A stretch of DNA of 32,000 bases from an uncultured Actinomycetota bacterium (lineage in GTDB: Bacteria; Actinomycetota; Actinomycetes; Propionibacteriales; Nocardioidaceae): NCBI GenBank assembly GCA_963706355.1, contig CAVPLS010000005.1, positions 549,898-581,897 of the forward strand, in the 5' to 3' direction. Within the stretch, counting starts at the first letter, position 1. Each line of letters starts with the position of its first letter. The notes under the pieces are model-generated. The model made no database searches and was not told the origin of the DNA. It saw only the letters and a list, made by a program, of their open reading frames with translations. Positions 23,445-31,878 of this stretch are shown piece by piece. The position numbers and the translations under genes were made by a program.

Positions 23445-24101
23445 ATGGTGGATGAGCACTCGAGGCTGGTTGTGACGACGACGAATCCCGGGGTGACCGG
23501 TTCCTTCTCCTACGCCCGCGCGTCCGGCACGTGGACGTGGTCGGAGGAGATGTTCGCGATCTACGGGTTCGCACCGGGTGTCGTGGTGCCGACCACCGAC
23601 CTCGTGCTCTCCCACCAGCACCCCGACGACCGCGACGAGGTCCAGCGGTTGCTGCTGGACTCCCTCGGCACCGGGCACCCGCAGACCCTGTGGCACCGGG
23701 TCGTCGACGCGCAGGGCGGCACCCGGCAGGTCGTGACGGTGGTCGCCGGGAGCGGTGACGCCGAGACTCGCGGCTTCGTCGTCGACGTCACCGAGGCCGT
23801 CCGTCGTACGACGGCAGGCGAGGTCGACGAGGCGATGGAGATGCTGTCGCAGAGCCGGCCGGCGATCGAGCAGGCCAAGGGTGCGCTGATGCACCTCTAC
23901 GGACTGGGCGCTGACGACGCGTTCCTGCTGCTGCGCCGCTACTCGCAGCAGGTGAACGTCAAGGTGCGCGACGTGGCCGCCCAGATCGTCGAGGCGCTCC
24001 CCGACCGGGACCTGCCGCTCGGCACCCGCGCGACCTGGGACGAGCTCGCGGCGGACCTCGTCGAGTCCGCGTCGGAGCAGCAGGAGCAGCCCGGCGCCTG
24101 A
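23445..24101 (+). CDS. PAS and ANTAR domain-containing protein (RNA-binding antiterminator-type regulator)
   Basis: The PAS-like part is GSFSYARASGTWTWSEEMFAIYGF..TTDLVLSHQHPDDR. The ANTAR part is IEQAKGALMHLYGLGADDAFLLLRRYSQQVNVKVRDVAAQIV. The start is either the ATG at 23445 or the ATG at 23388, which would overlap the Rrf2 gene by 20 nt. Confidence 0.82.
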   Translation: MVDEHSRLVVTTTNPGVTGSFSYARASGTWTWSEEMFAIYGFAPGVVVPTTDLVLSHQHPDDRDEVQRLLLDSLGTGHPQTLWHRVVDAQGGTRQVVTVVAGSGDAETRGFVVDVTEAVRRTTAGEVDEAMEMLSQSRPAIEQAKGALMHLYGLGADDAFLLLRRYSQQVNVKVRDVAAQIVEALPDRDLPLGTRATWDELAADLVESASEQQEQPGA

Positions 24102-24102
24102 G

Positions 24103-24747
24103 TCAGCCGGCGTTCGCGCCGACCCAGTCGACGAACGGCGCCGCCGCACGCCAGTCGTCGCGGACCCGCTCGAGCAGCTCGGCGGTGTGGATGAACGGCT
24201 CGAAGCCGTAGGACCTGCCCAAGGTCATGGACCGGTGCCGCAGCAGGTCGATGCGGGGGTGGTCGGCGTCGTACCCCCGAGGAGTGGTCTTCAGGCGGTC
24301 ACCGCCGAGCACCCAGCCCTCGGCGACCAGGGCGTCCACGATCCCGCGCAGCTCCGTGCCGCGTCGTTCGTCGTCGATGGCCTGCCGGATCGCGGCGAGC
24401 CGGGGCGAGGACGCCTCGTAGTAGCCGACGCCGACCCGGACCCCGGGGGCGCCCACCTCGACGTACCAGCCGGTCGAGGGGCCGGACGGGACGAACGCCC
24501 CCTGGTGGTTCTTGTAGGGCGTCTTGTCCTTCGCGAAGCGCACGTCGCGGTAGGGGCGGAACACCTTGGCCTTGCCGAACTCGGGCTCGAGCGCTGCCAC
24601 CAGAGCGGTCATCGGCGTCTTCACGGCTGCGTCGTAGGTCTCCTTGTGCGCCGTCCAGAAGGACTTGGTGTTGTCCATCTCGAGGTCGTCGTAGAAGTCG
24701 AGAGCGGCGACGGGGAAGCCCTCGAAACGTGCAGCGGAGTCGGCCAT
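24103..24747 (-). CDS. DUF2461 (TIGR02453) family protein
   Basis: 214 aa with FEGFPVAALDFYDDLEMDNTKSFWTAHKETY.., VFRPYRDVRFAKDKTPYK. Confidence 0.82.
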   Translation of the reverse strand: MADSAARFEGFPVAALDFYDDLEMDNTKSFWTAHKETYDAAVKTPMTALVAALEPEFGKAKVFRPYRDVRFAKDKTPYKNHQGAFVPSGPSTGWYVEVGAPGVRVGVGYYEASSPRLAAIRQAIDDERRGTELRGIVDALVAEGWVLGGDRLKTTPRGYDADHPRIDLLRHRSMTLGRSYGFEPFIHTAELLERVRDDWRAAAPFVDWVGANAG

Positions 24748-24768
24748 GCGGCGAGGATAGTTCGCGGG

Positions 24769-25236
24769 TCAGGAGCGGAACCGGGTGACCGGCTCGTCGG
24801 CCAGCACGCAGGCGATCCGCTCGCGCAGAAGCGCCTTCATCGGTGGCAGGTCGTCGGCACGGAACCAGCGCACGTCGGTCGACTCGTCGTCGGCGACGTG
24901 CGCGTCGCCGGCCAGGTAGGTGCACGAGAACGTGTGGTCGAGGTACGCCGCCAGGTCGCCGTTGACGTGCGTGACCGTCGGCAGCGCCTGCACCCACGCG
25001 AGCCGGTCGACCGACACCTCGACGCCGGTCTCCTCGAGCACCTCGCGGCGCGCCGCGACGCCCGGGTCCTCACCGGGGTCGACGATGCCGGTGACCGGCG
25101 CCCACTCGCCGTTGTCCGACCGCCGCACGAGCAGCACGTCCTCCCCGCGCCGCACCACGGCGGTCACGCCGGGGAGCCACAGCTGCGCGGTGCCGACGTG
25201 CCGGCGCAGGTCGCGGACGAAGTCGGGGATCGCCAT
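24769..25236 (-). CDS. NUDIX hydrolase
   Basis: 155 aa. The Nudix box is GIVDPGEDPGVAARREVLEETGVEV. Confidence 0.87.
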   Translation of the reverse strand: MAIPDFVRDLRRHVGTAQLWLPGVTAVVRRGEDVLLVRRSDNGEWAPVTGIVDPGEDPGVAARREVLEETGVEVSVDRLAWVQALPTVTHVNGDLAAYLDHTFSCTYLAGDAHVADDESTDVRWFRADDLPPMKALLRERIACVLADEPVTRFRS

Positions 25237-25301
25237 CCCGGCAGCCTAGGGCGTGTCCGTGTCCGAGGGACGCACCCGGCGGGCTGTGAAATAGTCCGAC
25301 G

Positions 25302-26345
25302 GTGAGCCGCGCGGCGCCTGTCCAAGTGCCGGGACCCGGGAAGCGCCCCGCGTCCTGGCTGCACCCCGTGTTCCTGGGGGTCCCCCTTGTGATGCGTGTC
25401 TACCTGGTGCTGTGCGTCCTGGCAGCCCTGACGTTGCCGTTCGTGCTCCGTCCCTGGGGGCAGGACAACACCCGCAACCCGGTCTGGGCCACGCTCTTGA
25501 CCCTGCTCGCGATCTCCGTGGTGAACGTGGAGATCGGCCGGGTGTTCGAGGGCGGTCGCACGCACAGCCACCGCCCGCACAAGGCCTTGTCCGCCTGGGG
25601 ATTCTGCTCCGCGCTGCTGCTGCCGACTCCCTACATCCTTCCGGTGGTGGCGATCAGCTATGCCCACGCCCGGTGGCGCGGGCTGCGGGTGCCGCTGTGG
25701 AAGTGGATCGGTTCGGCGGCGTACGTCGTCCTGGCCAGTGTGGCCGCGGCGGTCGTGGCGCGCGCCGTGCACGGCGACGACCCGAACTGGATGGACGCCA
25801 ACGGCGGCAAGGGGCTGCTCGCGTGCTGCTCCGCCGCGGCGATCTTCCTGGCCGTGGAGACGGTGCTGTTCCACGGCAGCGCCTACCTCAACACGGGTGA
25901 CGACGAGCAGTGGCTCCGGCGGACGTTGGCCAGCCGCTCCTTCTACGTCACCGAGGCGGCGGTGCTGCTGATGGGCGCCCTCTCCGCCGCGGTGTGGACC
26001 GCCGGGGCGTGGTTCATGCTGCTGCTCGTCCCGGTCTACGGGCTGGCCCAGCGGGCCGCGTTGCACGAGCCGCTGCGCGAGCGTGCCGAGACCGACGAGA
26101 AGACCGGCCTCCTGCGTTTCGAGTCCTGGCGGGTCCTCGCGGTCGCGGAGCAGCGGTGCGTCGCGTTCGCCCGACAGCGAGTCAACGACGAGTTCGGCCA
26201 CCTGGTGGGGGACTCGCCTGCTTCGCGCGACCTGCGGCGACGGGCGCTGTTCGAGGCGAAGGTCTCGGGCCGCAACCGGGTCGCGGTCCGCGAGGTCGTC
26301 GCAGGCGACCCGCGCTGGCTCGACACGGCCGGGGCTCGCGACTGA
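25302..26345 (+). CDS. Polytopic membrane protein with a deleted/degenerate C-terminal GGDEF domain
   Basis: About 6 TM helices are followed by only 86 aa of GGDEF-like sequence. Present: ETDEKTGLL, RVNDEFGHLVGD, ALFEAKVSGRNRV. The GG(D/E)EF active-site segment and roughly 70 aa are missing, and there is not enough DNA for a full domain. Confidence 0.62.
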   Translation: MSRAAPVQVPGPGKRPASWLHPVFLGVPLVMRVYLVLCVLAALTLPFVLRPWGQDNTRNPVWATLLTLLAISVVNVEIGRVFEGGRTHSHRPHKALSAWGFCSALLLPTPYILPVVAISYAHARWRGLRVPLWKWIGSAAYVVLASVAAAVVARAVHGDDPNWMDANGGKGLLACCSAAAIFLAVETVLFHGSAYLNTGDDEQWLRRTLASRSFYVTEAAVLLMGALSAAVWTAGAWFMLLLVPVYGLAQRAALHEPLRERAETDEKTGLLRFESWRVLAVAEQRCVAFARQRVNDEFGHLVGDSPASRDLRRRALFEAKVSGRNRVAVREVVAGDPRWLDTAGARD

Positions 26346-26347
26346 GT

Positions 26348-27059
26348 TCAGGTGCGAGTCGGGACAGCCTCGAGGTGCTGCTCTGGGCGCCACCGTTCGC
26401 CGGGTCGCCGGCCGCGAGCAGCTGGCTGTACTCGTCGAGCGTGCGCTGCGACCGGTCACCAGCGCGAGCATGTCAGGTCTACGTCGGTGGCTTCGAACTG
26501 ACCGCTCCGGACGACGAACTCGAACAGGAGCAGCTCGAGGTCGGTGCGGCCGCCGCGCGCACCGCGGCGAGGATGGCAACGGCCTCACGGTCGACCAGTC
26601 AGGATGATGTTGGACAGGAGATAGCAGTCGGCGGCGGGCAGTGGATCGGCAGAAGTTCCCGGCCTGCACGTGAGCGGTCGATGCCCCCAGCCTCGACGAG
26701 CCCGTCGAACAGAACACCTCGTGCGCTCGGGGTCTGCTCGAGCACGGTCGCAGGTCCGGTCGACGCAGGTGAACTCCGAGAAGTCGTAGCGCGGCCGACC
26801 TTGGAGATGCGACGCGTCGTCATGGCCGTATGCCTTGGTCGTAGATGGCCGACTCGTCGGGGTGATCGTGAGATAGGCGAAGAAGCCGTTGGGATCATGG
26901 AACGTCGTCCCGGCCGGCCTGTCCTGACCGCGTCCCCGAGGGTCTAAGGAGTCCCAGATGATCGGCAACGCAGCATGCGCACCAGGGGCAGGAGCCCGCC
27001 TGCGTGGTCGTGCCGCAACAGCCGGGACGCCTCGTTGGCCACACGTCGTCTCCGCTCAT
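26348..27059 (-). pseudogene. O-methyltransferase-like class I methyltransferase remnant with multiple frameshifts and no N-terminal domain
   Basis: On the minus strand, family-typical segments appear in alternating frames. They are LRPSGTRSGQ, RYDFSEF, VLEQTPSARGVLFDGLVEAGGIDRS, VQAGNF, DPLPAADCYLLSNI, DREAVAILAAVRAAAAP, DMLALVTGR, QRTLDEYSQLLAAG and HLEAVPTRT-stop (26348-26350). The boundaries are approximate. Confidence 0.5.
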
Positions 27060-27105
27060 CGCGAAGACGCCCAAGGACGGGTGCGCACCACGCGCTGTGG
27101 TTAGG

Positions 27106-27181
27106 TGGAGCGGATGACGAGACTCGAACTCGCGACATCGACCTTGGGAAGGTCGCGCTCTACCAACTGAGCTACATCCGC
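27106..27181 (-). tRNA. tRNA-Gly (anticodon CCC), CCA encoded
   Basis: The reverse complement is GCGGATGTAGCTCAGTTGGTAGAGCGCGACCTTCCCAAGGTCGATGTCGCGAGTTCGAGTCTCGTCATCCGCTCCA. It folds as a cloverleaf: 7-bp acceptor stem, D arm GCTC/GAGC, anticodon stem CGACC/GGTCG with loop TTCCCAA, and T arm GCGAG/CTCGT. Confidence 0.93.
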
Positions 27182-27234
27182 CTGTCCCGTTGCGGGGACG
27201 ACGCAGATAGTACCCAATGCTCCCGCCGTGCGCC

Positions 27235-27289
27235 GTGCCCGGTGGGTGCCCGGTGCGTACGCCGTGGGTACGCCGTGGGTGCGCGGCGA
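27235..27289. repeat. Tandem 11-nt repeat, 4-5 units (GTGCCCGGTGG, GTGCCCGGTGC, GTACGCCGTGG, GTACGCCGTGG, GTGCGCGGCGA)
   Basis: Read directly. It lies between the 3-prime end of the aldo/keto reductase gene and the 5-prime side of the tRNA-Gly gene. Confidence 0.7.
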
Positions 27290-27297
27290 CCGCCGGG

Positions 27298-28353
27298 TCA
27301 GGCCTCGGCGAGCCACTCGGCCGGGTCGACGGTCCGACCGCGCTGGTGCACGCCCGGAGCGCCGTACGGGTAGTCGGCGGCACCGGGGTCGCTGGCGGCG
27401 TCGAGCCGGGCGGTCTCGGCCTCGTCGAGGTGCAGCCCGGCGGCCCCGAGGTTGGCGGTCAGCTGCTCGGTCGTGCGGGCACCGAGGATCACCGACGTGA
27501 CGGCCGGCCGGTCCACGAGCCAGGCCAGCGCCACCTGCGCCATCGAGACGTCACGGGCCTCGGCCACCTCGCGGACGGCGTCGACCACGTCCCAGGTGCG
27601 CTGGTGGGCCGACCTCCGGTCATAGGCCTCCATGCCCCGCTGCGGGTCCTCGCCCAGCCGGGTGGCGCCGGTCGGCCGGTCGTCCTGGGAGTACTTCCCG
27701 GTCAGCCAGCCGCCGCCGAGCGGGGACCACGGCAACAGGCCGAGGCCGGCGTCCAGGCAGGACGGCACGATCTCCCACTCCAGCTCGCGGACCAGCAGGT
27801 TGTACTGCGGCTGCAGGGTCACGGGCGACTCCCACCCGTGCTCGCGGGCGAGGGCGACCGTCTTCTGCACCTGCCAGCCGGCGTAGTTCGACAGCCCGAC
27901 GTAGCGCACCTTCCCGGCGCGGACGAAGTCGTCGAGGGTGCCGAGGGTCTCCTCGAGCGGGGTGACGGGGTCCCAGGAGTGCACCTGGTAGAGGTCCACG
28001 CACTCGGTCCCGAGCCGCCGGAGCGAGTCGTCGAGGGCCCGCTGGAGGTGCCGGCGGGAGAGGCCCAGGCGGTTGACGTCGGGGTCGTCCCCGAGCGGGA
28101 ACCTGCCCTTGGTGGCCAGCACCACGCTGTCGCGGACCTCCGACGAGGCCTTGGCCAGCCAGCGCCCGATGATCTCCTCCGAGGCGCCGGCGGTGTAGAC
28201 GTCGGCGGTGTCGACCAGGTTGCCACCGGCCGCCATGAACGTGTCGAGCTGCTCGTGCGACCCGGCCTCGTCGGTCTCGTTGCCGAAGGTCATCGTGCCG
28301 AGAGTCAGGGTGGAGACGGCGCATCCGCTGCGTCCGAGCGTTCGGTAGTCCAT
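27298..28353 (-). CDS. Aldo/keto reductase
   Basis: The ATG at 28353 gives MDYRTLGRSGCAVSTLTLGTMTFG. NLVDTADVY, GLSNYAGWQ and the C-terminal pattern are typical of AKRs. The longer ORF to 28482 adds an Arg-rich extension. Confidence 0.88.
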   Translation of the reverse strand: MDYRTLGRSGCAVSTLTLGTMTFGNETDEAGSHEQLDTFMAAGGNLVDTADVYTAGASEEIIGRWLAKASSEVRDSVVLATKGRFPLGDDPDVNRLGLSRRHLQRALDDSLRRLGTECVDLYQVHSWDPVTPLEETLGTLDDFVRAGKVRYVGLSNYAGWQVQKTVALAREHGWESPVTLQPQYNLLVRELEWEIVPSCLDAGLGLLPWSPLGGGWLTGKYSQDDRPTGATRLGEDPQRGMEAYDRRSAHQRTWDVVDAVREVAEARDVSMAQVALAWLVDRPAVTSVILGARTTEQLTANLGAAGLHLDEAETARLDAASDPGAADYPYGAPGVHQRGRTVDPAEWLAEA

Positions 28354-28444
28354 GCCCGCCATCCTGACCGTGCGAGACAGGGGTTGCCAACTTCGTCCGG
28401 ACGGGATTGGCTGAGTGGCAGTCCTCACTCGGGAGAAGGCCCTC

Positions 28445-31003
28445 ATGCGCCGCACGCCGCTCGTCGTTGCCGTCCTGTCCACCGCCCTCGTGCTGCCGCT
28501 GTCCGCGCTGGCCTCGCCGTCGCCGGCGGCCGACGCGAACCCCGAGAGCCCGGCCCTCCGGTCTCCGGAGCTCTCGACCAGCGCCCGGCTCGCAGACCGG
28601 AGAAGCCTCGTGGTCGGGGACCGGTTCTACGAGATGGGCTCGGAGGACGGGGACTACCCCGCCGCCGGGTTCCACACCCGCGGGGAGATGGGCGGGTTCT
28701 GGACGCCGCCGATCAAGCTCCTCGACGGGATCTGGTTCAAGGCCGGGGGGACCTGGCTGAAGTCGTCGCGCTACACCAGCGGCTGGGGCTACCAACGGAT
28801 GGACCTCGGCACGCACGACGGGGTCGGCATCACCCGCACCGACCTCGCGCCCGAGGGCGCCCGCGCCGGACTGATCGGGCTGCGGCTGTCGTCCTCGAGC
28901 GCCAAGACGCTGGACCTGTCCGTCGACGCGCACTCCGAGCTGATGAAGGTCTACCCCTGGGGCGAGACCACGCCGAGCCAGACGACGTACAACCTGCAGG
29001 ACACCGGCAGCGTCGACGGCAGGAACCTGCTGTTCCGCGAGCAGGGCACCCCGCCGGGGCCGAACACCGAGCGGCACGACTACGCCGCGGTGGTCGGCTC
29101 GGACCTGACGCCGACCGCCACCGCCCTCGGCCCCGACCACCGCGGTCCCCAGGACCCGGCCGTGATCTGTCCCGCCTCGGGCCCCAACGCGCCCGAGCAG
29201 CCCGCCCGGTGTGACGACACCGCCTACGGCAAGGGCACCGGCGGTGGGCTGACCTACCGCATCCACGTCCCGGCCGGCGGGCGCACGGTGTGGTTCGCCG
29301 TCGCCGGCTCCGACAACGGCGTCCGCGAGGCGAAGACCGAGCAGTCCAAGGTGCTCGCCGACCCCGCAGGACTGCTCCGCAAGACGGTCGCGACGCGGAC
29401 TGCCCTGGCCGGCAACACGCGCGTCGACCTGCCCGGTGACCGGCTGCTCCAGGAGAGCGTCGAGTGGAGCAAGCAGAACCTCGCGGAGTCCGTCCAGGAG
29501 GCCCGCAACCTGCAGGTCCGGATCTCGCACGCCGGCAAGGACTACCCGGCACCCACGGGCAGCGTCGCGAAGGCCCGCTGGATCGGTGCCGGCTGGCCCG
29601 ACTACCCGTGGCTGTTCGCCACCGACGGTGAGTACTCCGGCTTCGCGGCCGTCGCCGCCGGCCAGTTCGCGGCGATCGAGGACCACCTCAGGGCGCTCCG
29701 CGACGTGAGCCTCGTCGCGAACGGCACCAGCGGCAAGGTGGTGCACGAGGTGACCCCGGACGGCCAGGTCTACTTCGGCGCCAACGACGACCCCGGCAAC
29801 ACCGACGAGACCGCCAAGTTCCCGAGCGCGGTGGCCCTGGTGTGGCGCTGGACGGGCGACGACAAGTTCCGGGACTCGATGTACGACTTCGCGGTCAGCA
29901 ACATGCGCTACATCTACCGCGAGCTCGACGCCGACGACGACGGCTGGCCCGAGGGTCTCGGCAACGTCGAGCGCCCGGGGATGGGCGACGAGAAGCTCGA
30001 CAACACCGTCTACACGATCCGCGGCCTCCGCGACCTGGCCGACCTCGCCGCCAGCAAGGGCGACCGGGCCACGGTCGCCTGGGCGAGCAGCCGCGCGGAC
30101 TCGCTGGAGGAGCGCTTCGAGTCGAGCTGGTGGTACGGCCCGACGGCCGACCAGTACGCCGACTCGCTGAAGGATCCCGGCAACGAGAAGGTCTTCCAGC
30201 GGCACTGGATCGGGCTCACCCCGATCGAGGCGGAGATCCCGCGCAGCGGCGCCAGGACGGGTCCGCTCGCGTCGACCGAGCACGCGCGGCTGGCCGTCGC
30301 GAAGCGGGAGGAGTCCTGCTACTCCGGCGAGTACGGCCTGTTCCACACCGGCAGCGCCGGGTGCGACACGGCGACCTCGACGGTCCCCGCCGAGCGGACG
30401 GTGTTCACGCTCAACACCTCGATCATGGCGGTCGCCGAGGCGGCGATCGGCCGGATGGCGAGCACCCAGCTGCAGCGCTACACGACCGACAACGCGCAGG
30501 TGCAGCTCGACCCGTCCGTGTGGGAGCTGCCCGGCGCGATGCCGGAGATCTCTCCGTCGCCCGACTTCGGGGCGAACATCGAGAGGAAGTTCACGGAGCG
30601 GTCGATGGCCCTCCAGGCCTGGGGCACCTACGGCATCCTCTGGCCCGTCGTGCACTTCCAGCTCGGCATCGCCCCCGACGTCGGGCGCGACCGGCTCACC
30701 GTCGTACCCCAGGTGCCGGACGGTCAGAGCCAGGTGTCGGGGCGCAACGTCCGGCTCGGCAAGGGCTCGGTGGACGTGGCGGCCACGCGGAACGCGCAGC
30801 AGCTGACCACACGGGTCACCCGGTCGACGAAGTGGCAGCTGACGATCGGGGCGCTCGTGCCCGAGGGTGCGTCGGTCCGGTCCGTCACGCTCGACGGCCA
30901 CCGGGTGCCCCACCAGGTCGCGCAGACCGCGAGGGGCACCGAGGTCCGCGTCGATGCCGGGAACCGCAAGGGCACGTCAACGCTGGTGGTCACGCTCGGC
31001 TGA
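28445..31003 (+). CDS. Secreted (alpha/alpha)6-barrel glycoside-hydrolase-like protein (glycogen-debranching / GDE_C-like)
   Basis: The ATG at 28445 follows GGGAGAAGG. The signal peptide is MRRTPLVVAVLSTALVLPLSALA. The mature protein is about 830 aa, with GWPDYPWLFATDGEY and DDDGWPEGLGNVER segments reminiscent of GDE_C/GH15-like folds. The family call is tentative. Confidence 0.68.
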   Translation: MRRTPLVVAVLSTALVLPLSALASPSPAADANPESPALRSPELSTSARLADRRSLVVGDRFYEMGSEDGDYPAAGFHTRGEMGGFWTPPIKLLDGIWFKAGGTWLKSSRYTSGWGYQRMDLGTHDGVGITRTDLAPEGARAGLIGLRLSSSSAKTLDLSVDAHSELMKVYPWGETTPSQTTYNLQDTGSVDGRNLLFREQGTPPGPNTERHDYAAVVGSDLTPTATALGPDHRGPQDPAVICPASGPNAPEQPARCDDTAYGKGTGGGLTYRIHVPAGGRTVWFAVAGSDNGVREAKTEQSKVLADPAGLLRKTVATRTALAGNTRVDLPGDRLLQESVEWSKQNLAESVQEARNLQVRISHAGKDYPAPTGSVAKARWIGAGWPDYPWLFATDGEYSGFAAVAAGQFAAIEDHLRALRDVSLVANGTSGKVVHEVTPDGQVYFGANDDPGNTDETAKFPSAVALVWRWTGDDKFRDSMYDFAVSNMRYIYRELDADDDGWPEGLGNVERPGMGDEKLDNTVYTIRGLRDLADLAASKGDRATVAWASSRADSLEERFESSWWYGPTADQYADSLKDPGNEKVFQRHWIGLTPIEAEIPRSGARTGPLASTEHARLAVAKREESCYSGEYGLFHTGSAGCDTATSTVPAERTVFTLNTSIMAVAEAAIGRMASTQLQRYTTDNAQVQLDPSVWELPGAMPEISPSPDFGANIERKFTERSMALQAWGTYGILWPVVHFQLGIAPDVGRDRLTVVPQVPDGQSQVSGRNVRLGKGSVDVAATRNAQQLTTRVTRSTKWQLTIGALVPEGASVRSVTLDGHRVPHQVAQTARGTEVRVDAGNRKGTSTLVVTLG

Positions 31004-31810
31004 CAGGTCGGCTGCGAGCCGGACGTCCTCGGGTCGTACGACGGGCGCGAGCCCGGGCCACCGGGGCGGCAGGCCGTCGCCGGACGACGTGCCGCGCAGC
31101 CGGCGCTGCACCCAGGGCGCCGCGTGTGAGCGGACCCACGCGAGGTCTGCGTCCCGGCGCTGGCGGCGGTCCATCTCCGGCAGCGGGGCGAGCTCGTGCG
31201 GCACCAGGTCGTGCTCGACGCCGAGGGTGTCCAGCACGGCGATCGCCATCCGCTGGTGGCCGGCCGACGACATGTGCAGCCGGTCGACGTCCCACAGCCG
31301 CGAGTCGCGGTACTCGCGCAGCCGCCAGAAGTCCACGATCGTCGCCCCGCGGACGTCGGCGACCTCCCGGACCAGCTCGTTGTAGGTCGCGATGCGTCCC
31401 CGGAGGTGCCGGAACACCGGTGCGAAGCCGAGGTCGAAACCGGTGAACAGCACGACGTGCGCCCCGGCGTCGGAGAGCCGGCCGACGGCGGCGTCGTACC
31501 TCTCGACGAGTGCGTCGATGCTGACCCGCGGACGCAGGATGTCGTTGCCGCCGGAGTAGATCGACACCAGGTCCGGGCGCAGCGCGAGCGCCGGCTCGAG
31601 CTGCTCGGCGAGGATCGCGTCCATCTTGCGGCCGCGGATCGCGAGGTTCGCGTAGCCGAAGTCGTCGGCGTGACCGGCGAGCACCTCCGCGACCCGGTCG
31701 GCCCAGCCGCGCACCCCGTTGGGCAGCCGCGGGTCGTGGTCGCCGACGCCCTCCGTGAACGAGTCGCCGAGCGCGACGTAGCGGTGGAATGTCCGAGCCA
31801 TGAGCACCAT
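30977..31810 (-). CDS. SGNH/GDSL-family hydrolase
   Basis: It carries block I YVALGDSFTEGVGD, block III SIYSGGNDI and a C-terminal block with H (SSAGHQRM). The start is the ATG at 31810 or 31801. The 3-prime end overlaps the convergent hydrolase gene by 27 nt. Confidence 0.85.
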   Translation of the reverse strand: MVLMARTFHRYVALGDSFTEGVGDHDPRLPNGVRGWADRVAEVLAGHADDFGYANLAIRGRKMDAILAEQLEPALALRPDLVSIYSGGNDILRPRVSIDALVERYDAAVGRLSDAGAHVVLFTGFDLGFAPVFRHLRGRIATYNELVREVADVRGATIVDFWRLREYRDSRLWDVDRLHMSSAGHQRMAIAVLDTLGVEHDLVPHELAPLPEMDRRQRRDADLAWVRSHAAPWVQRRLRGTSSGDGLPPRWPGLAPVVRPEDVRLAADLSAERDHQR

Positions 31811-31878
31811 TCTCGACGCCGCGGTGCGGCACCGGCGATCGGGGGTCCGCGGCGTGGGCGAGTGGGTAGGGTGCCGGT

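Noticed and set aside
26505-26525. Possible att-like direct repeat of the tRNA-Gly 3-prime end (GACGACGAACTCGAAC versus GATGACGAGACTCGAAC)
   Set aside because: Only the last 8 nt (ACTCGAAC) match contiguously, which is compatible with chance. No integrase gene is present.
27101-27316. 71-aa ORF (…VAQLVERDLPKVDVASSSLVIRST) and the 162-aa ORF 26895-27383 overlapping the tRNA region
   Set aside because: They read through the tRNA-Gly gene and the tandem repeat. The peptide LVERDLPKVDVASSSLV is the classic artefact of translating a tRNA sequence.
27620-30913. Very long antisense ORFs. These are 1097 aa at 27620-30913 (minus), 684 aa at 15563-17617 (plus), 530 aa at 6487-8079 (plus), 531 aa at 8281-9876 (minus), 425 aa at 6335-7612 (minus) and 517 aa at 25164-26717 (minus).
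   Set aside because: Each lies opposite, or out of frame to, an ORF with clear family motifs (glycoside hydrolase, FadE, S10 peptidase, SerA, GGDEF protein). Their translations are dominated by R/G/P/A/H/D runs with no motifs. This is the expected lack of stop codons in off-frames of GC-rich coding DNA.
30977-31003. 27-nt overlap of the convergent 3-prime ends of the glycoside-hydrolase-like and SGNH hydrolase genes as a possible antisense-regulation feature
   Set aside because: Short convergent overlaps are common in compact high-GC genomes. The SGNH C-terminal tail is poorly conserved, so the overlap may just reflect a late stop. Nothing else in the sequence suggests regulation.
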